A stretch of 64,000 nt of DNA, taken from an uncultured virus (IMG/VR IMGVR_UViG_3300044911_002384) (Duplodnaviria; Heunggongvirae; Uroviricota; Caudoviricetes). The stretch lies in the IMG/VR virus record IMGVR_UViG_3300044911_002384, one strand, 5' to 3'. Positions 10,022-20,409 of this stretch are shown in pieces; positions within the stretch are counted from its first letter, which is position 1; each line of letters starts with the position of its first letter. Under the pieces are notes generated by a model, which saw only the letters and a program-made list of their open reading frames with translations, made no database searches and was not told the origin of the DNA. A program made the translations under genes and the position numbers.

Positions 10022-10076
10022 AGTCTGCTCCTACATATATTTATAGCAGACTATGTAACCTAATTATATACGCATA

Positions 10077-10664
10077 TTATCTTTTAGTGATAATTTCGTC
10101 AATTAGTCCATATTCTAATGCTTCTTGGGCACTCATGAACTTATCACGTTCCATGTCAGCAAGCAACTGTTCGTAAGTCTTGCCCTTGCTATTATGATTA
10201 ACATAGAGTTCAGTTAAGCTCTTTTTCATTTTAAGAATTTCTTCAACTTGAATCTGCATGTCTGTAGCTTGTCCACGAGCACCACCGCTAGGTTGGTGAA
10301 TCATGTGCCTAGCATTAGGAAGCATACGCCGCTTACCAGGAGCACCGGAGGTAGCCAAAAGACTGCCCATAGAACAGGCCTGGCCGATAACAATAGTAGC
10401 AACATCGGGTTTGATAAATTGCATTGTATCATAAATCGCCATACCAGCGGTAACGACACCGCCAGGGCTATTAATAAAAAACTGAATGTCATCATTGCCT
10501 TGACTTTCTAAAAATAATAGCTGTGCTACGATTATACTGGCGCTGTGTTCGTTAACATCAGTGTCTAACATAACAATACGATCTTTAAGTAGACGACTAT
10601 AAATGTCATAGGCACGTTCGCCACGTGCTTCTTGTTCTACAACCATTGGTACTAAATGTGGCAT
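10077..10664 (-). CDS. clpP: Clp protease proteolytic subunit
   Basis: [39 protein letters not shown]. Confidence 0.97.
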   Translation of the reverse strand: MPHLVPMVVEQEARGERAYDIYSRLLKDRIVMLDTDVNEHSASIIVAQLLFLESQGNDDIQFFINSPGGVVTAGMAIYDTMQFIKPDVATIVIGQACSMGSLLATSGAPGKRRMLPNARHMIHQPSGGARGQATDMQIQVEEILKMKKSLTELYVNHNSKGKTYEQLLADMERDKFMSAQEALEYGLIDEIITKR

Positions 10665-10673
10665 ATATTTCCT

Positions 10674-11039
10674 TTATCTGATAACCTGTTTTGATTGTGA
10701 TCCGATCTTATATAGTTCTCGACCTCTTGCTCTTATTTGAGTTACTGCTTCTTGTGGATCGGAATTGAACCATTGTTTAACTTGTTCTTCTGTAATTCCT
10801 TGTTCTACAGTCATTGTATAAATTTCATAATTACGTTGACTGTTTATTCTTGCTCTCATTAACAAAGAATTTAAATTAAAAGGCCGTTCTAATGGTTCTC
10901 CTTTTAATGCTTTAATCATGTTACGTTTTTCTATGACAGTCACATCTTGACAAAATTCTAAACCATACATATCCCACATAAAAAGAAATACGTGAGGAAT
11001 GCGTTCATCATTTTCCAAGTTGTTGTCTGAGTTCTGCAT
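10674..11039 (-). CDS. Hypothetical protein
   Basis: 121-aa ORF. Confidence 0.55.
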   Translation of the reverse strand: MQNSDNNLENDERIPHVFLFMWDMYGLEFCQDVTVIEKRNMIKALKGEPLERPFNLNSLLMRARINSQRNYEIYTMTVEQGITEEQVKQWFNSDPQEAVTQIRARGRELYKIGSQSKQVIR

Positions 11040-11154
11040 TTTCGTCCTTTAGACGTTTAATTTCCTCAACAAGATACATTAGTAGATTTTTAAAATTCTC
11101 TGCTGTAGTCTCTGCTTCTTTAATAAAGTCAATTTCTTGTTCCATATATTTTTC

Positions 11155-11553
11155 CTATTCTTTAGTGAGTGAACTTAATTGTTTATAACCTTTGTATGTC
11201 GGATGTACTTTATCTTGGGAAAGTTCTGGAATAATGATAAAAGTATCGCCGTAGTACCTGGCAATTTTTTTAACTAATTCTTGTTTTTCAGGTTTTATAG
11301 CCGGAACAATCCAGAAGATATGATCAGAGTTTACAAACGATCTTAACGCTACTAGTTCAATCTCTGTGTTAAGATTTTTATAATCATTACTGCCTAAACT
11401 GATAATAGTAGTTTTTGCCGGAACAATTTTTTTAACAAATCGATCATTCCAATCTCTACTATTAATACCACTTTGGACATAAGCAACACATTCTTTTCTT
11501 ATGTCGCTTATACCCTTAGCAATACTATCACCTAGTATTAAACAATCTAGCAC
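11155..11553 (-). CDS. SGNH/GDSL hydrolase
   Basis: ILGDSIA, SLGSND, DKVHP. Confidence 0.8.
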   Translation of the reverse strand: MLDCLILGDSIAKGISDIRKECVAYVQSGINSRDWNDRFVKKIVPAKTTIISLGSNDYKNLNTEIELVALRSFVNSDHIFWIVPAIKPEKQELVKKIARYYGDTFIIIPELSQDKVHPTYKGYKQLSSLTKE

Positions 11554-11554
11554 A

Positions 11555-11758
11555 TTAGGCTCCGAAATGATTTTTAAGAACTTCTAATTTATCTTCATAT
11601 TCGGCGATATGTGCTATTTCATTCTCCATAGCTGTCATCCAATCTGTGTGATCGTGAATAGCTATAGGATTGTTTAACATAACTTCTACATTCATTCGAT
11701 GCTTTTCAATATGACTTTCAAAATGTAGCTTTGCTGCTTTTACTAATTGATCTTTCAT
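11555..11758 (-). CDS. Hypothetical protein
   Basis: 67-aa ORF in tight operon. Confidence 0.6.
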   Translation of the reverse strand: MKDQLVKAAKLHFESHIEKHRMNVEVMLNNPIAIHDHTDWMTAMENEIAHIAEYEDKLEVLKNHFGA

Positions 11759-11759
11759 T

Positions 11760-12656
11760 TTATACCTCCACGTATTTTAGTTTAAAGTTATCTGCACGTT
11801 CTTCATATCCATCGTATCCACGAGGATTACAAACAATGCGAGTAGTACCAATCATGTAGTCAAAGTCTTCATGTGTATGACCATGAGTCCATAATTTAAT
11901 TTGCCTACGATCCAAAATGAAGTTATCTAAATTAGTGCTGTAAGCACCATTCATAGTAAATTCGGACTTGTATCGAGGATGCGTACTGGCCTTACTAGGT
12001 GCGTGATGTCCGACTACTACTGTAGGCAGGTCTGGGTGTAGAGCCAATACCTCATCCAATCCTTTAAGAAAAGCTCGATGATCTTCTACACTGTCCTCGG
12101 GTCGAAACTGAGCAGGTCTTTCTTTAAAAGAAAACGCATCTACTTCATCTTTAGTCAAGTCAGGCACACGATATGAAACTGTCTTATTAGAGTTTTGTAC
12201 GCCTCTGTAATCATTCATACAGTATGCCATCTCACGCAGAGTTTTTGGATCTTCATTATTCATGTCTGTCCATAGTGTACCACCAAAGAACAGCACACCA
12301 TTAATGATACGCCACTCTTTGTCTAAGAAATGAACATTACTCATTTCACCGACTACAGTACGAATTACACTAGCAGATTCCGCATAGTCACCGTGATAGT
12401 GTTCATGGTTACCCATGATTAAAATAACCTGTGGGAATCTTTCACTACAACGTTTTAAGAAGTTGTAATAACGCTCTCCACGAGCTAACATACTTGGAGT
12501 AGCTGCCATAATCTGCTCGTCCACGTAACTGAAGTTTTTAACATCTTCAGCCACAAGGATATCTCCACCGAGGATCAGCACATCGGCATTTTCATCATTG
12601 TGTAGGTCCAAATCTCCAAACTCAAGATGGACATCACTGGTTACTGCGATTTTCAT
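11760..12656 (-). CDS. Calcineurin-like metallophosphoesterase
   Basis: SDVHLE, GGDI, MGNHEHY, GHHAP, HGHTH. Confidence 0.9.
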   Translation of the reverse strand: MKIAVTSDVHLEFGDLDLHNDENADVLILGGDILVAEDVKNFSYVDEQIMAATPSMLARGERYYNFLKRCSERFPQVILIMGNHEHYHGDYAESASVIRTVVGEMSNVHFLDKEWRIINGVLFFGGTLWTDMNNEDPKTLREMAYCMNDYRGVQNSNKTVSYRVPDLTKDEVDAFSFKERPAQFRPEDSVEDHRAFLKGLDEVLALHPDLPTVVVGHHAPSKASTHPRYKSEFTMNGAYSTNLDNFILDRRQIKLWTHGHTHEDFDYMIGTTRIVCNPRGYDGYEERADNFKLKYVEV

Positions 12657-13342
12657 TTTTTTACCTTTACATAATTTAATCTGGTTTCTGCTTTTTTAGT
12701 AAGCCAATTTTGATTATTATCTTTTACTTTAGCAGACACAATCTCTACTCTATTTTGCCTGATTGGAAATTTGCTGAACCAGCTGGCCAGTTTATTGTCA
12801 ACAATGGCAAGAATATTATAAGCATCATAATTCTTCGAACGTTCACAATCTACAATAGTAGCTTCCAAATTCATTAACTTAGTTTCTTTACTGCCTAAGT
12901 AGTTGTTATCGCACTCTCTGATAATTTTAGTAATATCGTTACGCTTACGATCCCTTTCGTAAACGTGCGGTAAACAGGCAACAAATCCTAGTTTATTTTC
13001 ATTCATTATTTCTTTGTTAAGTAAACTCAAAATCTCTTGTAAGAATTGATTTTCAGGTTGTGCTAACACACTAAACATAAGACGACGATAATATGTTCTA
13101 ATATCTTCTGTTAACAAACGATCGGAGTCATTAGCTTCGATCACGGGAGGCAAGTACTGTGGATCAGCAGTTATTCGCCTTTCTTGATCCAAAGTCCAAA
13201 TCATCAGTGTTTTGTTGCTATGTTTATAACCCATAGCTTTCCCATCATCAGTATATAACGTTTCGCTTTCTTTTTGATAGCATTGGTTGTAACGCTGAGC
13301 AGCACAGGCTAGTTCGAGTGCTCGCTGTACAGGAAAGTCCAT
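12653..13342 (-). CDS. Hypothetical phage protein
   Basis: 229-aa ORF with GGAG SD and own promoter. Confidence 0.6.
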   Translation of the reverse strand: MDFPVQRALELACAAQRYNQCYQKESETLYTDDGKAMGYKHSNKTLMIWTLDQERRITADPQYLPPVIEANDSDRLLTEDIRTYYRRLMFSVLAQPENQFLQEILSLLNKEIMNENKLGFVACLPHVYERDRKRNDITKIIRECDNNYLGSKETKLMNLEATIVDCERSKNYDAYNILAIVDNKLASWFSKFPIRQNRVEIVSAKVKDNNQNWLTKKAETRLNYVKVKK

Positions 13343-13372
13343 GATTACTCCAAATTGGTTGATATTTTCTGT

Positions 13373-13401
13373 ATTATACTATCAATTAAAATGGATGTCA
13401 A
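13373..13401 (-). promoter_or_regulatory. sigma70 consensus promoter
   Basis: TTGACA-N17-TATAAT. Confidence 0.8.
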
Positions 13402-13623
13402 CTATAATCTGAAGGTAATTCTACCTTTGGTTAGATCGTATGGGCTAACTTCTATTCGAACATTGTCACCCAAAATTACTTTGATTTTGTGTTGTTTAAG
13501 TTTACCGCCCATATAACAAATAAGTTCATGTGCAGTATCGTCTACTTTGACTTTAAAAGTACTATTAGGAAGAACATCGACGACTTCTCCGGTGAATTCT
13601 ATCAGTTCACTGTTTTTAGCCAT
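13402..13623 (-). CDS. infA: Translation initiation factor IF-1
   Basis: GEVVDVLPNSTFKV, GKLKQHKIKVILGD, SPYDLTKGRITFR; start taken at ATG 13623. Confidence 0.95.
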   Translation of the reverse strand: MAKNSELIEFTGEVVDVLPNSTFKVKVDDTAHELICYMGGKLKQHKIKVILGDNVRIEVSPYDLTKGRITFRL

Positions 13624-13786
13624 TTTTTGATATAACAATCGAATTGTCTTGAACTTTAATAGTCAATTGATCGCCTTCCTTCCAACCGTTTAAGTCTAAA
13701 ATTTCTTGTGGTATTTTCATAAGTATGTTATCTGGATCCCCTTCAATTTCTTCGAATATTTCTTCTGATTTAAAAATAAGTTTCAT
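13616..13786 (-). CDS. Small AbrB/MazE-like protein (56 aa)
   Basis: Not in ORF track; MKLIFKSEEIFEEIEGDPDNILMKIPQEILDLNGWKEGDQLTIKVQDNSIVISKNG has the IP-x6-W-x-EGD pattern. Confidence 0.6.
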   Translation of the reverse strand: MKLIFKSEEIFEEIEGDPDNILMKIPQEILDLNGWKEGDQLTIKVQDNSIVISKNG

Positions 13787-13843
13787 TTTGATATAAAGTC
13801 TTTCTGTGAAGTATAAGTATAATTATATTTTTTGTCAATTAAA

Positions 13844-14092
13844 ATGAATAACATAGAGCAGCAAATTTTACAAACAATTAAAGATATGAAGATCGGTAAA
13901 GACCAATCTATCACTATGCATTCAACTCTTAAAGAAGATTTAAATTTGGACAGTTTAAGCTTTACAGAATTGTTGATATCGTTAGAAGAACAGTTTGAAA
14001 TCGAAGTGGACTTAGATGATCCAGAGTTACCAAAGCTTAATACATTAAATGATATCAATGAAGTTATCTCAAAATTAATCAGTCTTAAGTAA
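13844..14092 (+). CDS. Acyl carrier protein 1
   Basis: Small acidic protein, DLNLDSLSFTELLISLEEQFEI (DSL phosphopantetheine Ser). Confidence 0.88.
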   Translation: MNNIEQQILQTIKDMKIGKDQSITMHSTLKEDLNLDSLSFTELLISLEEQFEIEVDLDDPELPKLNTLNDINEVISKLISLK

Positions 14093-14860
14093 TTTTATCA
14101 CCCAATAAGTCGGGTCTATTTCCCACCAACGCTTTCCATAGTTGATGTTTGTAGGATCTCCGTGATGATTATTGTGCCAACTTTCCCCTAACGTAATAGG
14201 CCAAATCCAAACAATATTTACACTGTCGTCTTTAGTTTCGAGATTTCTATAACCTAGTTTCTTAATGTGAGTCACACTTGTTTGTATATTAAAAACTTGA
14301 TAGGTAATGAATGCAGGTAGTATTACAGCATATAACCAAAGATTTATATCAATTAATAAAAAAGCGGCATGACTGATTAAAAAGATTTTAGCGTAATTTT
14401 TATGAAAGAAAATACAATCTTTGTCTTTAAGCAAATCTACAATATGCTTTGTATTATATTGTCCTTCCTTTAGTTTAAACATCCACCAGATATAACTGTG
14501 CCAAAACCCATGATGAGGGCTGTGAGGATCTTTATCTTCATCACTATATCTATGATGATAACTTCTGTGTATTGTGGCCCATTGAATAGGACTACCTTGT
14601 CCTGATAAATTTCCAAACCAAAGAATTATTATCTTTACCCATCTTTTTACTTTAAAACTTTTGTGACTGAACAATCTATGATAGCCGGCGCTTACTCCAA
14701 TAATTTTAATACAAATGAAACCAATAATATAGTATGCCCACCAATAAGGAGTATAATCTACAAACAGATTATAAATGCTGTATAATCCTAAAATATGGAT
14801 AGGAATCACACCACACCAAAGATTACTAAATGATATAATGTTTTTAAAAATTTGTTTCAT
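14075..14860 (-). CDS. Membrane fatty-acid desaturase (delta9-like)
   Basis: His boxes HRLFSH, HRSYHH, HNNHH; WWEIDP; start taken at ATG 14860. Confidence 0.9.
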   Translation of the reverse strand: MKQIFKNIISFSNLWCGVIPIHILGLYSIYNLFVDYTPYWWAYYIIGFICIKIIGVSAGYHRLFSHKSFKVKRWVKIIILWFGNLSGQGSPIQWATIHRSYHHRYSDEDKDPHSPHHGFWHSYIWWMFKLKEGQYNTKHIVDLLKDKDCIFFHKNYAKIFLISHAAFLLIDINLWLYAVILPAFITYQVFNIQTSVTHIKKLGYRNLETKDDSVNIVWIWPITLGESWHNNHHGDPTNINYGKRWWEIDPTYWVIKLLKTD

Positions 14861-15399
14861 TTGTGTTTCCAGGAATTCAATAAAGAGTCGTCGCCGTGAT
14901 ATATGATATGTTGCCAACAACTATCATCATCACTATTTGGGCAAGTTTGATATTTATAGTTGTTGGTATCAAACGTCAAGTCAGAATATTTTTTAAAATC
15001 TCTTATTAGCATACTTTGCCAATGGTTGTATTGTCTGCTTACAAATACTAATTTTGAATCAGTGTTATTTTGTAACCATTTAACTTGTTCTGACACCATT
15101 AAACAGATTTGAGGACTGACAAATTTAGTAATGGGAATTCTCTTTATTTTCCACATTCTATTCAAAATTCTATAAACTCTATCTGGCCAGCAATCTCTTC
15201 GTATAATACTGCTACAATGAGTAGGGTCTCCATTTTCGTCGAACGCTATACTAAAAGCTGCTGATCTTTCAAAAAGATACTTGTTGTAATTTACTGCTAA
15301 TGGATCTGTTTTGTTATTGTGCTGATGTTGTCTTAAATTTTCGAAAAGTTTGTCTAAGTACGAGTCGGATCCCGGAGTCCAAATTTTAACACTAATCAT
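14857..15399 (-). CDS. Hypothetical protein (possibly GNAT-like)
   Basis: 180-aa ORF coupled between acpS and desaturase; fold guess is weak. Confidence 0.45.
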   Translation of the reverse strand: MISVKIWTPGSDSYLDKLFENLRQHQHNNKTDPLAVNYNKYLFERSAAFSIAFDENGDPTHCSSIIRRDCWPDRVYRILNRMWKIKRIPITKFVSPQICLMVSEQVKWLQNNTDSKLVFVSRQYNHWQSMLIRDFKKYSDLTFDTNNYKYQTCPNSDDDSCWQHIIYHGDDSLLNSWKHK

Positions 15400-15755
15400 G
15401 TTACTTCCAAAATAGCACTGGCTATGAGATAGTCTCGTTCGTGACTAAAACTAAGATGACAAGTTGGTCCTGCTAATTGTTCTTTAAACTGTACTGTTGG
15501 ACGACCTTCGTGATTGGATTTAATTTTAATATTTTTCCAAGTTACTTTATCTCGTATTCCTTTTCCAAAAGCCTTGGCAATGGCTTCTTTTCCTGCCCAT
15601 ATTTTAGCCAAATATTGAAATTTTAATTTGTGGTTTTTGAATTCTTCTAATTCTTCATCTGTGCAAATACGCATTGCAATTTTAGTTAGTCGTAGATCGT
15701 TCATCATATGAAAACGATTTAAATCTACAATATCAATTCCGTGTCCTAATATCAT
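15396..15755 (-). CDS. acpS: Holo-ACP synthase
   Basis: GHGIDIV, WAGKEAIAKAFGKGI, GRP, LSFSHE. Confidence 0.92.
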   Translation of the reverse strand: MILGHGIDIVDLNRFHMMNDLRLTKIAMRICTDEELEEFKNHKLKFQYLAKIWAGKEAIAKAFGKGIRDKVTWKNIKIKSNHEGRPTVQFKEQLAGPTCHLSFSHERDYLIASAILEVT

Positions 15756-15761
15756 ACAGTA

Positions 15762-15790
15762 ATTATACTTTTTTTAAATCTGTGTGTCAA
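15762..15790 (-). promoter_or_regulatory. sigma70 consensus promoter (acpS, possibly leaderless)
   Basis: TTGACA-N17-TATAAT ending 6 nt before the ATG. Confidence 0.75.
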
Positions 15791-15818
15791 TAGCCTGGTA
15801 AATACACCGGAGGATATT

Positions 15819-16628
15819 ATGTTTATAGGACACATTAACGACTTAGAAATCGGCCAAGCCAAATCGATTGAAGTTCTTGAAAACAAAAAAGTTTTAATCA
15901 ATGAAAATGGTGTATACAAAATAGGTAGTAATATTTGCCCTCATCAAAATAGCAGAATTATTTCCGGAACACGTACAGAACTTAGATGCCAGTACCACGG
16001 ATGGTCGTGGAATATGGATGGATCACCTAAAGATTCAGGTGCTAGTACTATGTGTAATAAGCAAAAATTACATATGAAAACAGCGTATGAATATAAAGGT
16101 CTTTTATTCGAAGAAGAATTAGATTTTTCAATGCTCGAAGAATTAAGTTTTGAAAATTTAAGATTAGAAGAATTTAGAATCGATACGGTTAATGCTGATC
16201 CAAAAATTAGTATGGATATATTTTTAGACGTCGATCATATTCCAATCGTTCATAACGGAGTCTATGATTTATTAGGAATCGAAGGTAAAGCAGATGTTAA
16301 ATGGAGTTATGCAGACTGGGGAAGTATGCAGACTGTTAGTGACGAATCGGGAAAAGTTATTGCTCGTTGGATCGCTATCTATCCTTATACTATGATAGAG
16401 TGGCAAGATAAAGCATTGTTTATAACACGGTCTTTCAATGAAACACAAATGGCAGTATGGAAATATAAAGATATAACCGAGTCAGAAGAAAACTATAGAA
16501 CTAATGAAAGTATGTGGGAAAATGCATTTTCACAAGATAAAGCTCAAGCAGAGCAAATGGTAAGATTTCCTTCTGCTAATTTAGAAGAAGCCAAAATTCA
16601 TTACAGAGAGTGGTTAAGTAAAAAATGA
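15819..16628 (+). CDS. Rieske non-heme iron oxygenase
   Basis: CPH...CQYHGW Rieske ligands; DVDHIPIVH mononuclear Fe site. Confidence 0.88.
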   Translation: MFIGHINDLEIGQAKSIEVLENKKVLINENGVYKIGSNICPHQNSRIISGTRTELRCQYHGWSWNMDGSPKDSGASTMCNKQKLHMKTAYEYKGLLFEEELDFSMLEELSFENLRLEEFRIDTVNADPKISMDIFLDVDHIPIVHNGVYDLLGIEGKADVKWSYADWGSMQTVSDESGKVIARWIAIYPYTMIEWQDKALFITRSFNETQMAVWKYKDITESEENYRTNESMWENAFSQDKAQAEQMVRFPSANLEEAKIHYREWLSKK

Positions 16629-17533
16629 AATTGTTGTATAATGATTACATGCGTAGTTCAGGAAATGGGTCAACTTGGTCAGTAGAAATAGACCCTCCTA
16701 CTAGATCAGTTAAAAGTTATTTCGAAGAAACTAAAATTGCTTGTGGGTTAATATATGAGCAAAGAACTGCTCCTTTACAACTATGTTATAGTGGAGGCCT
16801 TGATAGTGAATATGTTCTAAGTACGTTATTATACTTAGGCATACCAGTAGAAGTATTCATTATGAATACTCAATACAATTATCATGAAACCAAATATGCA
16901 TTTAAATTTTGTGAATCAAAGAACATTACTCCTACCATAGTTGATCTAGATTATGATAAATTTGTAGAATCTGGTAAACTAATAGAAATAGCAGAATCCA
17001 TGTGTTGCGCACAGTGGCAAATACCTGCTAATATGTGGCTAGTGGAACAATTAACAGGTACAGTTATAATTGGTAATGATCCTCCACATATGAAGTTAAA
17101 CAAAGAAGATAATCTTTGGTATCTCGATGAAGAGGAAGTTATTCATAGTCAATTTAATTTTTGGAGAAATCGAGATATACTTGGAACACCTTTTCTGTTA
17201 AGCTATACTCCTGAATTAATGTTAAGTTTTTTATTAGATCCGACTATGGAAAAATTAGCTAATCATGGATTTCCAGGTAAATTAGGAACTAACAGTACTA
17301 AAGTTCATGTGTTTAATAGAGACAGCAATTTTAATTTAGAACAACGTGTTAAACAACACGGATATGAAAATGCTGAAAAAAGTTTGATTTTTAATCATCC
17401 TGACATTCAAACTGTGATTAGTTGGAAAGATCGCTGGGGCGGAACTAGCGACCATCAGTATCATACTGTAGTAGAAAAACTCAGTTCGGGAAAATCTTCT
17501 AAAGCTTTTTCAGTATGTCCTTCAAATTCTTAA
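16625..17533 (+). CDS. PP-loop ATP pyrophosphatase (asparagine-synthetase-like)
   Basis: LCYSGGLDSE. Confidence 0.65.
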   Translation: MKLLYNDYMRSSGNGSTWSVEIDPPTRSVKSYFEETKIACGLIYEQRTAPLQLCYSGGLDSEYVLSTLLYLGIPVEVFIMNTQYNYHETKYAFKFCESKNITPTIVDLDYDKFVESGKLIEIAESMCCAQWQIPANMWLVEQLTGTVIIGNDPPHMKLNKEDNLWYLDEEEVIHSQFNFWRNRDILGTPFLLSYTPELMLSFLLDPTMEKLANHGFPGKLGTNSTKVHVFNRDSNFNLEQRVKQHGYENAEKSLIFNHPDIQTVISWKDRWGGTSDHQYHTVVEKLSSGKSSKAFSVCPSNS

Positions 17534-17536
17534 TAT

Positions 17537-17995
17537 ATGAATCAATTAACTAACCAAGAAGTTCTTTCAATATTGCCTCATCGTTATCCATTTCTGATGA
17601 TTGATAAAGTTATCGAATACTCCGACACAGATCTAATAGCAGTGAAAAATTTCACAATCAATGAGCCATATGTACAAGGACATTTTCCAAACAATCATAT
17701 AATGCCAGGTGTAATGATGGTAGAATCTATGGCACAAGCCAGCACAATTTTAGGGTTCAAGTACATAGAAAAGAATGCAACTATGGAACAAATTTTGTCA
17801 CAATTTTCTGGAGGATTTTTGTTTGTAGCTGCTGATGAAGTGAGATTTAAACGAGTTGTGCATCCTGGAGATCAATTAAAAATATTTTCTAAATTGACTA
17901 GATGTGCTAGAACTTTATTTGAATTTGAAACTAGAATAGAAGTTGATAGGATTATAGTTGCTTCGGCCAAGTTAAAAGCCACTGCTGGTATTTAA
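17537..17995 (+). CDS. fabZ: 3-hydroxyacyl-ACP dehydratase
   Basis: LPHRYPFLMID, GHFP, MPGVMMVESMAQ, RFKRVVHPGD. Confidence 0.95.
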   Translation: MNQLTNQEVLSILPHRYPFLMIDKVIEYSDTDLIAVKNFTINEPYVQGHFPNNHIMPGVMMVESMAQASTILGFKYIEKNATMEQILSQFSGGFLFVAADEVRFKRVVHPGDQLKIFSKLTRCARTLFEFETRIEVDRIIVASAKLKATAGI

Positions 17996-18021
17996 TATTA
18001 AATAGCTATATAGGAGGACGT

Positions 18022-18390
18022 ATGGATTTAGAAAATTGGACACCATTGACTACGCAAGAAATAGAAAAGAAATTTATTGGAATGATTAATGACTATCTAA
18101 AATTAAATTTAGAATATCCTGTAGATCCAAATCTTTCTTTAAAAGATTTGAGATTAGTTGGGGATACGAAAGTTATTGAACAATTACAAGATGTTGATGA
18201 AGAATCATTAGAAATTATAAAAAAGAATTTTGAAATCGATAGCATAGATATATTGGAATTAGTAATTCAGATCGAAGAAGAATTTGGCGTAGTAATTGAC
18301 GATAAAGATGTGGCCACTCTACTTAGATGGGAAGATCTTATTGGTTATATAGCAGATAGTCAAGACCCTAAAAAAATGAAACAAAAATGA
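18022..18390 (+). CDS. Acyl carrier protein 2 (with insertion)
   Basis: IDSIDILELVIQIEEEFGVVIDD. Confidence 0.8.
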   Translation: MDLENWTPLTTQEIEKKFIGMINDYLKLNLEYPVDPNLSLKDLRLVGDTKVIEQLQDVDEESLEIIKKNFEIDSIDILELVIQIEEEFGVVIDDKDVATLLRWEDLIGYIADSQDPKKMKQK

Positions 18391-19565
18391 AACCTGTTTA
18401 TATAGTTGATTATGCAGTAATAGATACAATAGGATTTGATATAGAATCGAACTATAAAAATCTTACTCTATTAGCTAAAGGTCCTCAGACCTGCACTAGA
18501 TACGATGTAACAGAGTATCCTCACATACTCTGTACTAAAGGTTATGAAATTTCTCAGTATGATGGACGTAATATTTTTTCAAAGTTGCATAACGATTTAT
18601 CTGATCAGTTATTATCGAAAGCTACTATTCCATCAGATTCTGCCGTAATAGTGAGTGCGTTTGCTCATTCAGGCAACGAAGTAAGAAATGATTTTGATAA
18701 CTCATTCCGAGGCGGAATGAGCCGATTTAGTCCTACAAAGCTTTTTCTAAATAATAATGATTTAATGAGTGCTAACATAGCGAAAAAATTAAAATTAGAA
18801 GGATTCAGCTCTGGGGTAATGGCAGCGTGTAGTTCTAGTATGTTCAACTTACACTATGCTTTCACTTGCATACAATCAGGAGTGATTTCGTCCGCTGTAG
18901 TTGGAGCTATAGAAACTCCAATACATCCTTCTGTGCAATATTACTGGCAATGTACTAGTGCAATTTCTACTCGAGATGGAGGAATCTGTAAACCATTTGA
19001 TAAGAACAGAGATGGGTTTGTTCAAGCCGAGGGAGGAACATTATGGTTAATATGCGATGAAGAAACATTGAAAAAATATAATTTAACTCCTAAAGCTAAA
19101 ATTCTTTCTATAGTGCTGTCTTCTAAATGCTATGATACTGCTACTATGACTGCTCACGATAAAACAGGAAAGAGTCAAATTGATACAATTAATAAAGCAC
19201 TAACTATTGCAAATAAAAAATCGGAAGATATAGCTTTTTTTAATGCACATGCTACTAGTACTTTGATAGGAGACGATATTGAATTAGACGTTTTTCAGCA
19301 AAAATTTAAAGACGTTGATATTCCGTGTGTTAGTTTTAAAGGTTATATCGGCCACACTATGAGTGCAAGTGGTATGGTTGAATCTGCTTACGGATTAGAA
19401 GCATTAAAAAATCAGTATCTGCATCCAAACTACGATTTAACAGATCCAATAAGCGACGATCCTAGATTAATTACAAAAGCGATTCCTATCAAAGGAGATA
19501 CATTTATTAAAGCTTCTTTTGGGTTTGGGGGCAGAACTGCTATAGCAGTATTTCAAACAATTTAG
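18387..19565 (+). CDS. Beta-ketoacyl-ACP synthase (FabB/FabF-like)
   Basis: AACSSS, PFDKNRDGFV, NAHATST, KGYIGHT, SFGFGG; C-H-H triad intact. Confidence 0.92.
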   Translation: MKPVYIVDYAVIDTIGFDIESNYKNLTLLAKGPQTCTRYDVTEYPHILCTKGYEISQYDGRNIFSKLHNDLSDQLLSKATIPSDSAVIVSAFAHSGNEVRNDFDNSFRGGMSRFSPTKLFLNNNDLMSANIAKKLKLEGFSSGVMAACSSSMFNLHYAFTCIQSGVISSAVVGAIETPIHPSVQYYWQCTSAISTRDGGICKPFDKNRDGFVQAEGGTLWLICDEETLKKYNLTPKAKILSIVLSSKCYDTATMTAHDKTGKSQIDTINKALTIANKKSEDIAFFNAHATSTLIGDDIELDVFQQKFKDVDIPCVSFKGYIGHTMSASGMVESAYGLEALKNQYLHPNYDLTDPISDDPRLITKAIPIKGDTFIKASFGFGGRTAIAVFQTI

Positions 19566-19575
19566 GTTTCAATAT

Positions 19576-20409
19576 ATGTACAATCATACTTCAGATACAA
19601 ATACTGACCCGAGACATTTGTTGCGGTTGAAAATGGAAAAAATCGATGGATCAAGTTTTATGACAGACGGACCTCCGGCTGGTTACGACTTACCTACCGA
19701 ATACATTGAAAAAATGAAAGTTATCAGTGAAAAGTATAAACCCATACAATGGCTACCGTTGGATATACCTAAAATTGATATAGGCGATCCTAAAGAATTT
19801 TTAGAAATTTACGATAGTCAACGTTATCCTGTTGTAAGAATTAAACCTGATGTAGCAGAACCATGGAGTAAGGAAGATCATCCTTTTAAGCAAGATAGTA
19901 GCTGGAATAAAGCAGCATTTAATGGTCTTCATCTATATCAAAATCCTATGATTGATCTTAAGCTAAGTACCTTTTACGGAAAAGTTTATCTTGGAGATAT
20001 TCCTGTTTTCAAAAGGATTATTGAACAAGTGCATGATTATATTCCTCATCACCCTTTTATCAGTATATTCATCTGGGAAAGTTTATCGACTATTATTCCT
20101 CATAGGGATGCCGCATCATATTGGAAATGTCCTACAGATTTTAGATCTATGTTATATGATGAAAATGATAAACCTACTTTGTATGTAGCAGAAGACGGAT
20201 CAGATGAACCAATCTATATTGACCTTCCTGAGGATACTAATACTTTTTGTTGGAGCAATGGAAAAATGGTTCATGGATCTGATTATCATGGAAAAAGAAA
20301 ATTACTACTAATTATGACAGGAATACAGCATACAAGAAAATCTGTAGAGTTGTTTGATCGCAGTATTGCAAAGTATAAAGACAAATTAAATTATAAATTA
20401 GAAATGTAA
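19576..20409 (+). CDS. Putative Fe(II)/2OG-type (cupin) oxygenase
   Basis: PHRD...VHG putative facial triad; paralog of next ORF. Confidence 0.5.
   Translation: MYNHTSDTNTDPRHLLRLKMEKIDGSSFMTDGPPAGYDLPTEYIEKMKVISEKYKPIQWLPLDIPKIDIGDPKEFLEIYDSQRYPVVRIKPDVAEPWSKEDHPFKQDSSWNKAAFNGLHLYQNPMIDLKLSTFYGKVYLGDIPVFKRIIEQVHDYIPHHPFISIFIWESLSTIIPHRDAASYWKCPTDFRSMLYDENDKPTLYVAEDGSDEPIYIDLPEDTNTFCWSNGKMVHGSDYHGKRKLLLIMTGIQHTRKSVELFDRSIAKYKDKLNYKLEM

Noticed and set aside
1793..17533. 7-deazaguanine DNA modification system (QueD plus PP-loop protein as QueC)
   Set aside because: The PP-loop ORF lacks the QueC C-terminal Cys cluster and lies in the ACP cluster; no dpdA, folE or queE in the window
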